From Candidatus Moraniibacteriota bacterium (GTDB taxonomy: Bacteria; Patescibacteriota; Minisyncoccia; Moranbacterales; UBA1568): a DNA stretch of 64,000 nucleotides. Positions 36,467-47,367 of this stretch are shown here, piece by piece; position 1 is the first letter of the stretch; every line of letters begins with the position of its first letter. The stretch covers positions 80,697 through 144,696 of the forward strand of contig JBBCGM010000002.1 in assembly GCA_037201605.1 (NCBI GenBank). Direction: 5' to 3'. The position numbers and the translations under genes were made by a program. Below the pieces are notes generated by a model, which was not told the DNA's origin, made no database searches, and worked only from the letters and a program-made list of their open reading frames with translations.

Positions 36467-37533
36467 ATGAAACTTTTTTCTCTCCGAACAAAAAACGTTT
36501 TCGAGCCGCGGCCCTCATGCTCGTGCTTTTCGCATCGCTCGTTTCCGCACCGGCTGCCCATGCCAGCGCCTGGGGAGAAGCTTTGGCAGCTGCACTTATG
36601 AAGCAAGCGCTGGAAAATATTCAGAGACAGATAGAGTCAGCCGTCCTCGGGACGCTCAAAGTGGCGGCCGTCCAAGTATTGAACAGTCAGGTAGCGCAGT
36701 CTGGGTCGGCGGCAATAGCGTTGGCCAGAGTCTGGTGATTAGTGATTTTCATCAGTTCCTCACCACCGTGCCGGAGCAGCAAGCCAAGCTTATTATCAAA
36801 GATGCTTTTGCCAACGGAGTGCTCCAAGGCAAGGCATCTTCTTCTAACTATCTGCCGGCCACTCAAAAAATTAGCATCGAGGAAAATTATGCAACCATCC
36901 TGAACAGCACGGTGAAGGCTTCGATAGACGCCGAGCTGCCCGCGCTACGATGCCGATGAGTGCGCAGGCGGCCGCGATCCGGGCCAGGTTCTCGCTACCC
37001 TCTGGTGACTTCAAGGTTTTGAACTGCGTTACCCTAAACAAGGCCAATAATCCGTTAGGCATCCAGATTCTTGCCCAAGAAGCCCAGGCTGCAAAAACCA
37101 GCCAACTCAGTAAAGAGCAGGAAGTACTCGCGCAGTCATCCGGTTTCAAGCCGAGCATGAAAGACGGCAAGATCGTGGCTCCGGCAGGCTCCATCGAAGA
37201 ATTAGTCACGAGTGTTAATAGCCTGGGTCAGAATCTCATCACGGGCTGCCAATAATCCGGGAGAGCTTCTGAGCGGGGGTAGTGATCGGACTGGTCAATA
37301 GGACGGTCAATAGCCTGGTCCAGCAGGGTGTCGGCAAAGTGCAGTCTTCTATTGAGCGCGAGATACGTTCGGTAGACAATGCCGTATCTGGCCAGATTCG
37401 GAGCGTGACCGGCCAGCAAGGCATCGGGGGCGTCGTCAGACAAGCCAACCGAGAGTTCGAGCAGCGCACGAATGTCAATCAGAATACTGAGAATCCGCCT
37501 CTGCCGCCGGCTTTCGACGATGGCATTTACTAA
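36467..37533 (+). CDS. Hypothetical secreted protein (at least 4 frame breaks)
   Basis: MKLFSLRTK.. start and signal peptide ...LFASLVSAPAAHASA. Consecutive ORFs 36517..36738, 36735..36959, 36950..37255 and 37282..37533 abut each other in different frames. Confidence 0.45.
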
Positions 37534-37548
37534 CATCTGGCATCAAAA

Positions 37549-37575
37549 AACTCCCGAGTCCGGGAGTTTTTCTTT
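37549..37575 (+). terminator. Intrinsic terminator
   Basis: CTCCCG-agtc-CGGGAG followed by TTTTTCTTTT. Confidence 0.6.
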
Positions 37576-37604
37576 TCTCAAAAAGATCTTTTTGAGGGCG
37601 GGTG

Positions 37605-37678
37605 TGGGTGATACTGGACTCGAACCAGTGACCTCTACAATGTCAATGTAGCGCTCTAACCACCTGAGCTAATCACCC
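37605..37678 (-). tRNA. tRNA-Val (anticodon GAC)
   Basis: The reverse complement gives GGGTGAT/ATCACCC acceptor, anticodon arm CTACA-TTGACAT-TGTAG and T arm ACTGG-TTCGAGT-CCAGT. Confidence 0.9.
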
Positions 37679-37726
37679 GAGAGCGAACTGGGAAAGCATA
37701 GCGTTCCCAGATTCCTTTGTAAAGAC

Positions 37727-39561
37727 TTAGGCTACCGCTCCGGCTTTTTGCCCGACGATCAGATCGAACTCTTCTTTTTCAAGCGTTTCTTTTTCAAGAA
37801 GCGTCTTGGCGAGCCTATTAAGTACTTCGCGTTTTTCATTCAGGATTTCCGTCGCTTTCCTTGAAAGCATCGTCAATGAGTCGCGACACTTCGCGGTCAA
37901 TGCTCTCGGCAGTCGTTTCGGAATAGTTGCGTTCCTCGTGCATCTCGCGGCCCAAGAAGACCATTTCTTCCTTTTTGCCAAAGGTGCGCGCCCCCAGTCC
38001 GCTCATGCCGTAGCGCGTCACCATGTTGCGTGCCATTTGGGTGGCGCGCTCCAGATCGTTTGAGGGACCGGTAGTAATGTCGCCAAAGACGAGCTTTTTC
38101 TGAAGCGTAGCCGCCGAGCAGCACGGCCAGTTCATCGTAGAATTAGATTGCGGGAATGGAGCGTCTTGTCTTCCTCCGGTACGGCCATAGTGTAGCCTCC
38201 GGCATGCCCGCGTGAAATGATCGAGATCTTGTGGACCGGATCAGCATGTTCGAGACTGGCGCCGACGAGCGCGTGCCCGCCTTCGTGATAGGCAACGATC
38301 TCTCGTTCTTTAGCATTAATGGCGCGATTGCGGCGTTCGGGACCGAGGAGTACCTTTTCGATCGACTCAGCGAGATCTGCCATTTCGATTTCCTTCTTGT
38401 CACGGGCGCGTGGCAAGAATAGCTCCTTCGTTGAGCAGGTTGGCGAGGTCCGCGCCGAGAAGCCTGGCGTGCGGGCCGCGATACGGCGCAGGTCAACATT
38501 TTTCGCCAGGGGCTTGTTCTTGGTGTGGATCTTGAGGATCTTCTCTCGGTCGTTAATGTCGGGCAGGTCGAGCGTGACGCGCCGATCAAAACGTCCGGGA
38601 CGCAGAAGTGCCGGGTCGAGTACGTCCGGCCGGTTGGTAGCAGCGATCACGATTACGTGCGTGTTGGTTTCAAAGCCGTCCATCTCGACCAGGATCTGGT
38701 TCAGGGTCTGCTCGCGTTCATCGTGTCCGCCGCCCAGTCCTGCACCGCGGTGCCTTCCGACGGCATCGATTTCGTCAATAAAGACAATCGAAGGCGCGTT
38801 TTTCTTGGCTTGTTTGAAGAGGTCTCGCACGCGGCTTGCTCCTACGCCGACGAACATCTCGACGAATTCTGATCCGCTGATATTGAAGAAGGGAACGCCC
38901 GCTTCACCCGCTACCGCTTTGGCCATAAGAGTCTTGCCGGTGCCGGGCGAACCGAGCATGAGTACGCCCTTAGGAATTTTGGCGCCCATCAAGAGGAACT
39001 TCTTCGGCTCTTTCAAAAGTCCACTACTTCTTCGAGTTCCAGTTTGGCTTCTTCGCTCCCGGCAACATCCTTGAAGGTGATGCGCTTGCGCTTCTCTTTG
39101 GGATCCAGAATGCGAGCCCGGCTCAAACCGAAGGAGAGCGCCTGGGCATTGCCACGGCTCGCTTGGCGGAACATGAACCACAGGAAGACAGAGATGATGA
39201 GGACCGGCAGGAGGAAAGGAAGAAGGGTTGCGAACCAGAAAGCGGCGCCCGAGGGTTCTTTGACCGTGATGGCGACTGCGGCGAGCTTGTCTTTCTCTGT
39301 TCCGTAATTGGCAAGCGTTTCCGTAAGGGAAGCCTCGTTTTCTTTGCTTGCTTTGGCGGTCACGCCGTCATTTTTGGTGATGGTGAGGGCATTTCCCTCT
39401 ACCACGATGCTTTGTACCTGGCCCTGATTGATCTGAGAAACGAGTTCTGACAGAGAAATATTTTCAGGTTTCTTCTCGGGTACCTGGTAGAGCAGGGCAA
39501 TACCGGCACAGAGGAAGAGGACGAGAATCCAAGGAGAGAGGTTTTTGGTCGTTTTTTGCAT
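37727..39561 (-). CDS. ftsH: ATP-dependent zinc metalloprotease FtsH (about 5 frame breaks)
   Basis: Pieces 39013..39582, 38132..39181, 37836..38135 and 37727..37981 carry Walker A GSPGTGKT, Walker [33 protein letters not shown] and Zn motif HEGGHA. One junction is DF|LKEPKKF at the T4 run (A4 on + strand, 39015-39018). Confidence 0.9.
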
Positions 39562-39578
39562 AAAATAAGAGAGGAAAA

Positions 39579-40513
39579 TCACGTTTTGAGCAGTCTCACT
39601 TTATCACCTTTCTGTTCCAATAACAACCCGAAAAAGGCGACTTTCCGGTTTTTCGCCTTCACTCTCCGATAAGGGCTTTTTCCGTCTCGAGCAAAGCGCT
39701 TTTGGGCAGGGCTCGCGGGAGCATCTCTCCCGAGAGCAGGCGCAGAAAAGCCAACCTTTTCGGTTTTCTTGAGCTCCCGGAAGGCTTTTCTGGAAAAAGT
39801 AAGCGCTTCTTTCTCTGAAGAGATGAGCGGCCAGAGGGTCCTTGTATGATGCGTCTGCTCTTCGGCGAGCGTCTCCGCAGTACGAGCGAGCAAGGCAACG
39901 ATACCGGGCTGGTAGTCTTTGGCCAAGAGCGGCAAGAGGTCGTGCCTCAGGCGATTTCTCAGAAAATGGCGGTTGAGATTGCTCTCATCATCGTGAAAGG
40001 GGAGACCGAGGGCTTGTGCCGCTTTCTCAAGTTCGTCTTGGGTCGCGAAGAGAAGAGGTCGGATAACAGAGGCATTTTTCGGCTGCATGCCCGAGAGACC
40101 TGTTCGTCCCGTCCCCGCGCAGCAGGCGCAGGAGAAAAGTCTCCGCCTGATCTTGCTGGTGATGTGCTACGGCAACTGCTGACAACCCTCGCTTTTTCTG
40201 CAGTTTTTCAAAAAACGCATAGCGTCGCTCCCGGAGACGTTTCTTCTAGATTTTGCGTGCCGCGCACGCGCACCTGCAGAACATGGTAGGGGAGGCCGAA
40301 CTTTTGCGCAGTGCTTTGCACCAGGCGCTCGTCACTTTGGCTTGCCTTACCGCGCAGATGGTAATTGACATGCGCTACTTCCAGAAAAAGACTCTCTTTG
40401 GGAGCGACATAGCTGAGGAGTGCCAGAAGCAGCATGCTGTCCCGACCGCCAGAGACAGCTACGAGCAAGCGATCATTTTTTCTGCCAGAGTTCGTGGCGC
40501 TTGGCAAAAGCAC
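39579..40513 (-). CDS. tilS: tRNA(Ile)-lysidine synthase TilS (at least 2 frame breaks)
   Basis: The N-terminal piece has the PP-loop LLVAVSGGRDS. The middle frame reads RYAFFEKL...VAVAHHQQDQAETFLLRLLRG. The C-terminal piece has IRPLL...LPFHDDESN. Confidence 0.85.
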
Positions 40514-40561
40514 GCATTTTTTTTAGCCAGCGTGCGTGCGGGGTAGGGCAGACTTTTCGTA

Positions 40562-41131
40562 CTACCCTTTTTTCGTGAGGAAGTGTTTTTCAATGATGGC
40601 TTGGAGCGCATCGATGCTTTCGTCGAGGGCTCCATCGCGGTTTTGGATGACATAATCGTAGATTGAGATATCGCTGAAATGTTCCTGGGTATATTGCATG
40701 CGGCTTTCAAGGAAGGCGGCATCGGGCTTATCACGCTTTTGGATACGCTGGCGCAGGGTTTCTATATCGGCAGTGATAAGCACAGCTGGTATTTCCGGAA
40801 AAAGTTTTTTGGCTTTGACGACGCCCTGATATTCCATCTTCCAAATGCCCGCTCGGCCGCTCTGTGAAACGCGCTCGAGCTCGGATTGGGTTACTCCGTA
40901 ATCCTGATTATTGTAGGTACGCGCGTGCTCGACGAATTCGCCAAGAGCTACCTTTTCCGCAAAGGTTTCCTGCGAGAGGAAATGGTACGGATGGCCTTCG
41001 CTTTCACCCGGGCGTTTCTCGCGTGTCGTAGTGGTAATGACGCGCTCAATCGGGAGACGCTTCCTCAAGCCTTCGATAACGGAATCTTGGCCGGAGCCCG
41101 AAGGGCCGGAAACGATGAAAAGATTTTGCAT
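40562..41131 (-). CDS. gmk: Guanylate kinase
   Basis: MQNLFIVSGPSGSGQDSV (P-loop), TTTREKRPGESEGHPYHF, EFVEHARTYNNQDYGV. Confidence 0.85.
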   Translation of the reverse strand: MQNLFIVSGPSGSGQDSVIEGLRKRLPIERVITTTTREKRPGESEGHPYHFLSQETFAEKVALGEFVEHARTYNNQDYGVTQSELERVSQSGRAGIWKMEYQGVVKAKKLFPEIPAVLITADIETLRQRIQKRDKPDAAFLESRMQYTQEHFSDISIYDYVIQNRDGALDESIDALQAIIEKHFLTKKG

Positions 41132-41183
41132 CGATGTAGGGATTATGAAAAAACATCCCTGGGGCGCAAGGATGTTTTCTTGT

Positions 41184-42352
41184 TTAGGCTTCTTTGTTCT
41201 CGCCTTCACGCACCGGGAGCAGTCCCTGCGGTGGCTCTTGGGTTCGATCGAGAGAATCTTCCAGGAATAGTCTTCGCCTTCTTTGAAGACTTCTTCAATC
41301 TTGCGGCCCGGGTAGACTTCTTGGAATTCGCTTACGTGTGCCAGTCCATGAATATCTTTGTCGAGGTAGACGAAAGCGCCGAAGTGATTGATTTTGTCGA
41401 CTTTGCCGGATACTACTTGCCCTACCTGGTAACGGGACAGTACCTGCTCCCATGGATCGGCCTTGAGCGCTTTCATGGAAAGCGAGATGCGGGTATCGTC
41501 GATGCCGATGATTTTGGCTTCTACGTGGTCGCCGGTCTTGATCATTTCACGCGGATCATCAATGAGCTGCCATGCCAGTTCGGAAATGTGGACCAGACCC
41601 TCGAGTTTTTCCGTAGGAATTTTTTCGCCTGTCTCGGCCTTAGGTGAGAATTTACGAAGGCTCCGAAATCTACGACGCCGGATACTTCGCCAGAAACCAC
41701 TTCGCCGACTGAGAACTTGCTGATCAGTCCGCGCTCTTTCTCGCTCTGTGCCGCTTTTTCGCTCACGATGAGTTTTTCGGATTCGCGGTCAGCGTCCCAG
41801 AATACGCACAGAGACTTCTTGTCCGATGAGTTTTTTCAGAAGATCTAAGATCTTGTTCTTGTCGCCGTCTTCAACGCGCGGGTAGTGTTCATTGGAAAGC
41901 TGAGAGACGGGGAGGAAGCCGGGGATGCCGTTCTCATTCGATCATCAGGCCGCCCTTGTTGGCTTCAATCACTTTGGTGGTGACGGTTTCTCGGCGAGAA
42001 AGCTTGCCCTCGATGTCTTCCCATGACTTTTCGTAGGAAGCCTCGCGAATAGAAAGCTCGATATAGCCATCCTCATTTTCGTAGCTCATGAGGGTAGCGC
42101 TCACCTCGGCGCCAATCTTAAGGCGTCCTTCCGGACCAAGGCCGTCGCGCATTTCCTTGCCTAAGACGATGCGGTGCCCAAAGGGCCTAGGTCAATGAGG
42201 GCAGAGGCGCCGCCAACATACATGACGGTACCCTGTACGACGTCACCGACCTCGGGAATAGAGACCAAGTGTTCATCCAAGAGCTTTTCCATAGGAGAAA
42301 CAGCCTCCGGAGTGTCGGTCTTGGTCATTTCTGCAGTTTCTTTTGCTGCCAT
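41184..42352 (-). CDS. rpsA: 30S ribosomal protein S1-like multi-S1-domain protein (several frame breaks)
   Basis: S1-domain fragments in ORFs 42161..42352, 41934..42152, 41542..41766 and the 5' part of 40562..41545 (GDVVQGTV, GFLPVSQL.., GQVVSGKVDKINHFGAFV..GLAHVSE). TAA stop at 41184-41186 in the restored frame. Confidence 0.7.
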
Positions 42353-42451
42353 ACGTTATATTGAGAGGGTGGAGGCTGCACCGAGGCCTGCCAGTTACGG
42401 ATAAATAAGGGGTGCCGAAACGAAAAAGGCTTGTTTTAGGGGAATTTTTGA

Positions 42452-42476
42452 TAAAAAAACCCGATTCTTCGGGTTC
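42452..42476 (-). terminator. Intrinsic terminator oriented to the minus strand, about 100 nt upstream of the rpsA start
   Basis: Minus-strand reading AACCCG-aagaat-CGGGTT followed by TTTTTTT (A7 at 42453-42459 on the + strand). Confidence 0.6.
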
Positions 42477-42827
42477 CTTGGGTCCAAGATGACGCACTCA
42501 GACCCTTTTTTAGGGGAGGCGACCTTTTCAAAGAGATTAAAGCATCTCTTTTTCAGTTGGATTACCAATTACTCCGACGCTTGTCTTCGTTCTGTGGGTC
42601 CAGCCTAGCAGGAAAGGGTACATTTGGCAAGAGTCAGATGCATTCCCCGAAGCATCGTTTCTTTTGTGAAAAATGCTCTAAATAAAGCAAAACTTTTGTC
42701 TTTCTGTCTGGACAGGGGTACTTTTGGCGTGCTAAAGTAGAGGAGGTTTAGGTGCCTCACTCTAGGCATTTCTTTGCTTTTTACCCACTCTAAAGGGTCA
42801 AAAAGCCTCAATTTTCTTTTGAGTTTT

Positions 42828-43487
42828 ATGCTGATTCAATACTACGGAGACTACTGCTTTAAAATCACGACCAAGCCAGGCGGCCGTGCTACCGATGATG
42901 TGACTCTTCTAGCTGACCCGTTGCCCAAAGGTGCTGGCCTGCGCAGTCCTCAGGGAGAAGCCGATATCGTTTTGCTGACGCATGGAAACGTTGAAGAAGC
43001 CAAGGAGGGCCTGAAGGGTGCTCCGGCTGTTTTTGACTGTCCGGGAGAATATGCCGCCAAGGGCATTTCGCTTTTGGGCATCGAGTCTTTTGCAGATACT
43101 CGTTCGGGAGAGCTCGCCGGCCCGAATACCGTCTTTGCTTTTGAAACTGAAGACATTCACTGCGCCTTCTTAGGCGCTTTGGGCCATGATCTTTCTCCGG
43201 AAGCTCTCGATCGGCTCGGAACGGTAGACGTCCTTTTTATCCCGATCGGCGAAGAAGGATCGCTCTCCGCCGAGCACGCTGCCGCTCTTGTGAAGAATAT
43301 AGAACCCAACGTCGTTATCCCGATGCACTATGCATTGCCCGGATTGACCTTGCCTGCCGGAAGCGGTAAAAAATTCTTTGAACTTCTGGGGAGTCAGCCC
43401 AGTGAGAAGACGATCAAATGGAATATTAAGAAGAAGGACATCGAAGGCAAGAAAATGGAAATAGTTATGTTTGAGCGCGGCAGCTAA
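42828..43487 (+). CDS. MBL-fold metal-dependent hydrolase (UPF0173-like)
   Basis: MLIQYYGDYCFKITT..., ADIVLLTHGN..., DVLFIPIG... pattern. Start is at an internal ATG of ORF 42774..43487. Confidence 0.55.
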   Translation: MLIQYYGDYCFKITTKPGGRATDDVTLLADPLPKGAGLRSPQGEADIVLLTHGNVEEAKEGLKGAPAVFDCPGEYAAKGISLLGIESFADTRSGELAGPNTVFAFETEDIHCAFLGALGHDLSPEALDRLGTVDVLFIPIGEEGSLSAEHAAALVKNIEPNVVIPMHYALPGLTLPAGSGKKFFELLGSQPSEKTIKWNIKKKDIEGKKMEIVMFERGS

Positions 43488-43502
43488 ACACTTCTTCGGT
43501 AT

Positions 43503-43850
43503 ATGCTAAACAAGCTGGCAGACAAAATCGCGCACATCCAGACTCAGCCGGAGAATGTGCGCATACGCTACCTCGTTATTTGTCTCGGAGTATCCATGCT
43601 TTTCATTGTCAGTATTTGGATACTTACCCTAAAAGAGAATCTGCACAGTATTAGTCAGACGAAGGCCCAGATAGAAGAGCTCAATCCGAAGAGTTCTGAA
43701 GGAGGATCTCTTCAAGACCTGCTCCGTTCCAAAGAGCCTCTCAAGGATGGTTCTGGCGCCAGCTCCCAAAGCTCGCTTCAGGCCGAATTGAAAGGCGGAC
43801 AGAAGAGTGATGCTTCTGGTGAAGCACTCCCGCCCGAACCTCTCCAGTAA
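43503..43850 (+). CDS. Hypothetical single-pass membrane protein
   Basis: 115-aa ORF with one TM helix ([21 protein letters not shown]). No family recognised. Confidence 0.35.
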   Translation: MLNKLADKIAHIQTQPENVRIRYLVICLGVSMLFIVSIWILTLKENLHSISQTKAQIEELNPKSSEGGSLQDLLRSKEPLKDGSGASSQSSLQAELKGGQKSDASGEALPPEPLQ

Positions 43851-43878
43851 GAATTGTTTCATTCGTATTTTTTCTCCT

Positions 43879-46333
43879 ATGGCACAGGCAAACCAAGAAT
43901 TCCACGACGGCAAAATCGAACCGCGCTCCATCACGGATGAAGTGCGCCAATCGTATCTTGACTATGCCATGAGTGTCATTGTGGCTCGCGCTCTGCCCGA
44001 TGTGCGTGATGGCTTGAAGCCGGTACACCGTCGCATCCTCTATTCCATGTGGTCTTCAGGTTTGCGTTCCACGGCCAAGTTCCGCAAGTCAGCCACCGTC
44101 GTCGGTGAAGTGCTCGGTAAATACCATCCGCATGGCGACTCGGCCGTCTATGACACGATGGTGCGTTTGGCTCAGGACTTCTCGCTTCGCTACCCGCTTG
44201 TTTGGGGACAGGGGAACTTCGGCTCGATGGACGGCGACAGCGCAGCTGCCTACCGCTACACCGAAGCCAAGCTCACCGCTATCGCCGAGGAAATGCTCCT
44301 CGACATCGACAAAGACACCGTGGACTTCGTGCCGAACTTTGACGGCATGCATGAAGAGCCTGTGGTGCTGCCGGCTAAGCTGCCGCAACTCCTTCTCAAT
44401 GGAACAGTCGGTATTGCGGTCGGTATGGCTACCAATATCCCGCCCCATAACCTCGGCGAGCTGACCGATGGCATTGTCCACTTGATTGATCATCCGGAGG
44501 CGACCATTGAGGACCTGATGCAATTCATCAAAGGACCTGATTTTCCAACGGGCGGTATTCTTTATGATCAGAAAGCTGTGCGTGAGGCCTATGCTACCGG
44601 CAAAGGCCCGATTCTGACGCGGGCCAAGGTGGATATTGTCGAGACCAAAGCGGGCATGTTCCAAATCGTTATTTCGGAAATGACCTACGCTACGAACAAG
44701 GCGAACCTAGTGATGAAGATCGCCGAACTGGTGAAGGACGACAAGCTTAAGGGCATCAAGGACTTGCGCGATGAAAGCGACAAGGACGGCGTGCGCGTCG
44801 TCATTGATTTGAAGAAAGAAGCCTTCCCGCAGAAAGTGCTTAATCGTTTGTATACCCTGACCGATCTGCAGAAGAATTTTAACGTCAACATGCTGGCGCT
44901 CGTAGACGGGCGCGATCCGCAGATCCTGAATCTGAAATCCATTCTCGAGCACTACATCGATCATCGCGAGCGCGTCGTGGTACGCCGCACCGAATACGAG
45001 CTCCAGAAAGCGCTCGATCGCGCTCATATCTTGGAAGGTTTGAAAACAGCGCTCGATCATATCGATGCGGTGATTGATACGATCCGCAAGTCTCCGACCA
45101 AAGAGCAGGCCCATGCCAACTTGATGAAGAAGTTCAAGCTCTCGGAGCGCCAGTCGACCGCTATCTTGGAAATGCGTTTGCAGACGCTTGCCGGACTGGA
45201 GCGCCAAAAAATCGAAGACGAACTGAAAGAAAAACTGCTCCTCATCGCCGAACTCGAAGATCTCCTGAAGCATCGCAAGAAAATTCTGGGTCTCGTGAAA
45301 AGCGAGCTCATGGAACTGCGCGATCGTTTCGGCGATGTGCGTCGTACCAAAGTAGTGAAGGGAGGCATTTCGGAATTCAGCCAGGAAGATCTGGTGCCGA
45401 ATGAAGAAGCCATCATCACGCTTTCGGTGGATGGCTACATCAAGCGTATGAACCCGAGCGTCTATCGCGTGCAGAAGCGCGGCGGCAAGGGCGTCATTGG
45501 CGCGACGACCAAAGAAGAAGACAAGATCGCGACGCTTATGACTATTTCGACGCATGACAATATCATGTTCTTCACGAGCACCGGCAAAGTCTTTCAGACC
45601 AAAGGCTACGAAATTCCCGAATCGACGCGTACGGCCCGCGGACAGGCTATCGTCAATTTCCTCCAAACATCGCAGGATGAGAAGATTACGGCTGCCATTT
45701 CTTTCAGCAAGAACGATGAGTACAAGTACCTCATCATGGCAACGCAGAACGGCACCATTAAGAAGTGCAAGCTTTCCGATTTCGAAAATGTCCGCAGGAG
45801 CGGCCTGATTGCGATCAACCTCGACAAGGGCGATACTTTGGGCTGGGTGGATCCCACCACGGGAAGCGACGAAGTCATTCTCACTACTTCATCCGGACAG
45901 GCCATCCGTTTCAAGGAATCAGACGTCCGTCCTATGGGGCGTACGGCAGCTGGTGTGAAGGGTATGAAGCTCCATGCGGAAGATCGCATCGTAGCGATGG
46001 ATGTCCTTCCTAAGGGCGAGAAAGGCCAGCAGCTGCTTATCCTCTCGCAAAACGGCTACGGCAAGCGCTCAGCGCTCAGTGGCTACAAGATCCAGAAGCG
46101 CGGCGGCTCGGGTATCAAGACCATGAAAGTCACCTCAAAAACCGGCCATTTGGTGGGTGCGGGCTATCGCTCGCACGGCTGATGCCGATCATGATCTGAT
46201 CCTCACCTCCGAGAACGGCACTATTATTCGCATCCCGTTCAACTCGGTGCCGGTGCTTGGTCGCGTGACCCAGGGCGTACGGGTGATGAAGCCCTCTCCA
46301 GGGGACTGCGTAGCCGGGTTTACCCTTCTCTAA
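43879..46333 (+). CDS. gyrA: DNA gyrase subunit A (one frame break near 46161)
   Basis: [28 protein letters not shown] (active-site Tyr). The C-terminal beta-pinwheel continues in another frame to TAA at 46331-46333 after an extra G in a GGG run. Confidence 0.95.
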
Positions 46334-46456
46334 GGGCTTTTTGCCCTCGCATTTGCCAAAAATGGAAAGTGTGCTATAGTAGCGAAACCTAATTTTAATT
46401 GAGCGGGTGCTGGTTGCTTCTCAGTAATGAGCAACGAACGCCTTGCTGACACTCAT

Positions 46457-46741
46457 ATGGCGCTTACCCATAAGCAGAAGACGAAAGTCACCGAGCCGCA
46501 CCGCCGGCACGAAAAGGACACTGGTTCTCCCGAGTACCAAATCTCCCTCTTTACCGAGCAGATCCGCAAGCTGACGATGCACCTCAAGAAGAACAAGAAG
46601 GACTTTCATTCACGCCGCGGTCTCCTCAAGATGGTCGCCAAGCGCAAGAAGCTCATGAGCTATCTCGAGCGGACCGACAACAAGGCCTTTAAGGCAGTTA
46701 CGAAGAAAATTGGGGCTCTAAGCCTCTTTCTTCTTTTTTAA
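46457..46741 (+). CDS. rpsO: 30S ribosomal protein S15 (3' end possibly shifted)
   Basis: ...DTGSPEYQISLFTEQIRKLTMHLKKNKKDFHSRRGLLKMVAKRKKLMSYL. The odd tail ...IGALSLFLLF may be an artefact of a G-run indel. Confidence 0.85.
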   Translation: MALTHKQKTKVTEPHRRHEKDTGSPEYQISLFTEQIRKLTMHLKKNKKDFHSRRGLLKMVAKRKKLMSYLERTDNKAFKAVTKKIGALSLFLLF

Positions 46742-46763
46742 ACCACATTCTTTCTTAAAAACT

Positions 46764-47264
46764 ATGGCAAAATTTGCAGACCAGCGCGTTGGCGTGCTCG
46801 TCGACATTTCCAATCTCTACTACAGCGCACGCGTGCTGTACAGCAAGAAAGTCAATTTCAAAAACGTGCTCGACGCCTGCGTGAGCGAGCGCAAGCTCAT
46901 TCGCGCTATCGCGTACGGCATCAAGACGGTTGAGGCTACCGAAGAGAAATTCTTCGAAGCGCTCGAAAAAGCCGGCTACGAAGTGAAAACCAAAGACCTC
47001 CAGATTTTCCCGGACGGCTCCAAGAAAGGCGACTGGGACGTCGGTATCGCGGTCGATGCTATCAAGCTCGCCCAGAAAGTGGACGTAGTGGTGCTGGTGT
47101 CTGGCGACGGCGACTACGTATCACTTGCTGAATATATCCAGAACACCTTCGCCTGTCGCGTAGAAGTGGCAGCCTTTTCCGAATCAGCGAGCCAAAAGCT
47201 TATTGAAATAAGCGACGACTTCATGAATCTTTCCGAGAACAAGCGCCGCTTCTTGATGGGGTAA
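46764..47264 (+). CDS. NYN-domain (LabA-like) putative RNase
   Basis: VGVLVDISNLYYSAR..., LVSGDGDYVSLAEYIQ... pattern of LabA/DUF88 NYN domains. Confidence 0.7.
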   Translation: MAKFADQRVGVLVDISNLYYSARVLYSKKVNFKNVLDACVSERKLIRAIAYGIKTVEATEEKFFEALEKAGYEVKTKDLQIFPDGSKKGDWDVGIAVDAIKLAQKVDVVVLVSGDGDYVSLAEYIQNTFACRVEVAAFSESASQKLIEISDDFMNLSENKRRFLMG

Positions 47265-47283
47265 ATAGGAGAATCTGTTCATA

Positions 47284-47310
47284 AAAAGGCTCATAAGAGC
47301 CTTTTTTCTT
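47284..47310. terminator. Hairpin terminator (A-run before, T-run after)
   Basis: AAAAGGCTC-ataa-GAGCCTTTTTT. Confidence 0.55.
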
Positions 47311-47323
47311 GCCTTCTCTCTTA

Positions 47324-47352
47324 TTGACAAAAGTAAAAAAGTAGAGTATAAT
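47324..47352 (+). promoter_or_regulatory. Consensus sigma70 promoter
   Basis: TTGACA (47324-47329), 17-nt spacer, TATAAT (47347-47352). Confidence 0.65.
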
Positions 47353-47367
47353 ATTAGAGCTGCTGGA

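Noticed and set aside
38319-39074. Plus-strand 251-aa ORF, plus other antisense ORFs, in the ftsH region
   Set aside because: It is antisense to ftsH, whose Walker A/B, SRH and HEGGH motifs are unambiguous. The translation is Arg/Ser-rich, typical of a GC-rich antisense frame.
40562-41545. A natural S1-domain / guanylate kinase fusion protein (single 327-aa ORF)
   Set aside because: An in-frame ATG with a typical Gmk N-terminus (MQNLFIVSGPSGSG) starts at 41131. The S1 reading frame, once restored, ends at TAA 41184-41186. The apparent fusion is therefore an artefact of a frame break.
44707-45666. Minus-strand 319-aa ORF inside gyrA, and the 54237..55118 minus-strand ORF inside the comM-like gene
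   Set aside because: They are antisense to well-supported genes and carry no recognisable motifs.
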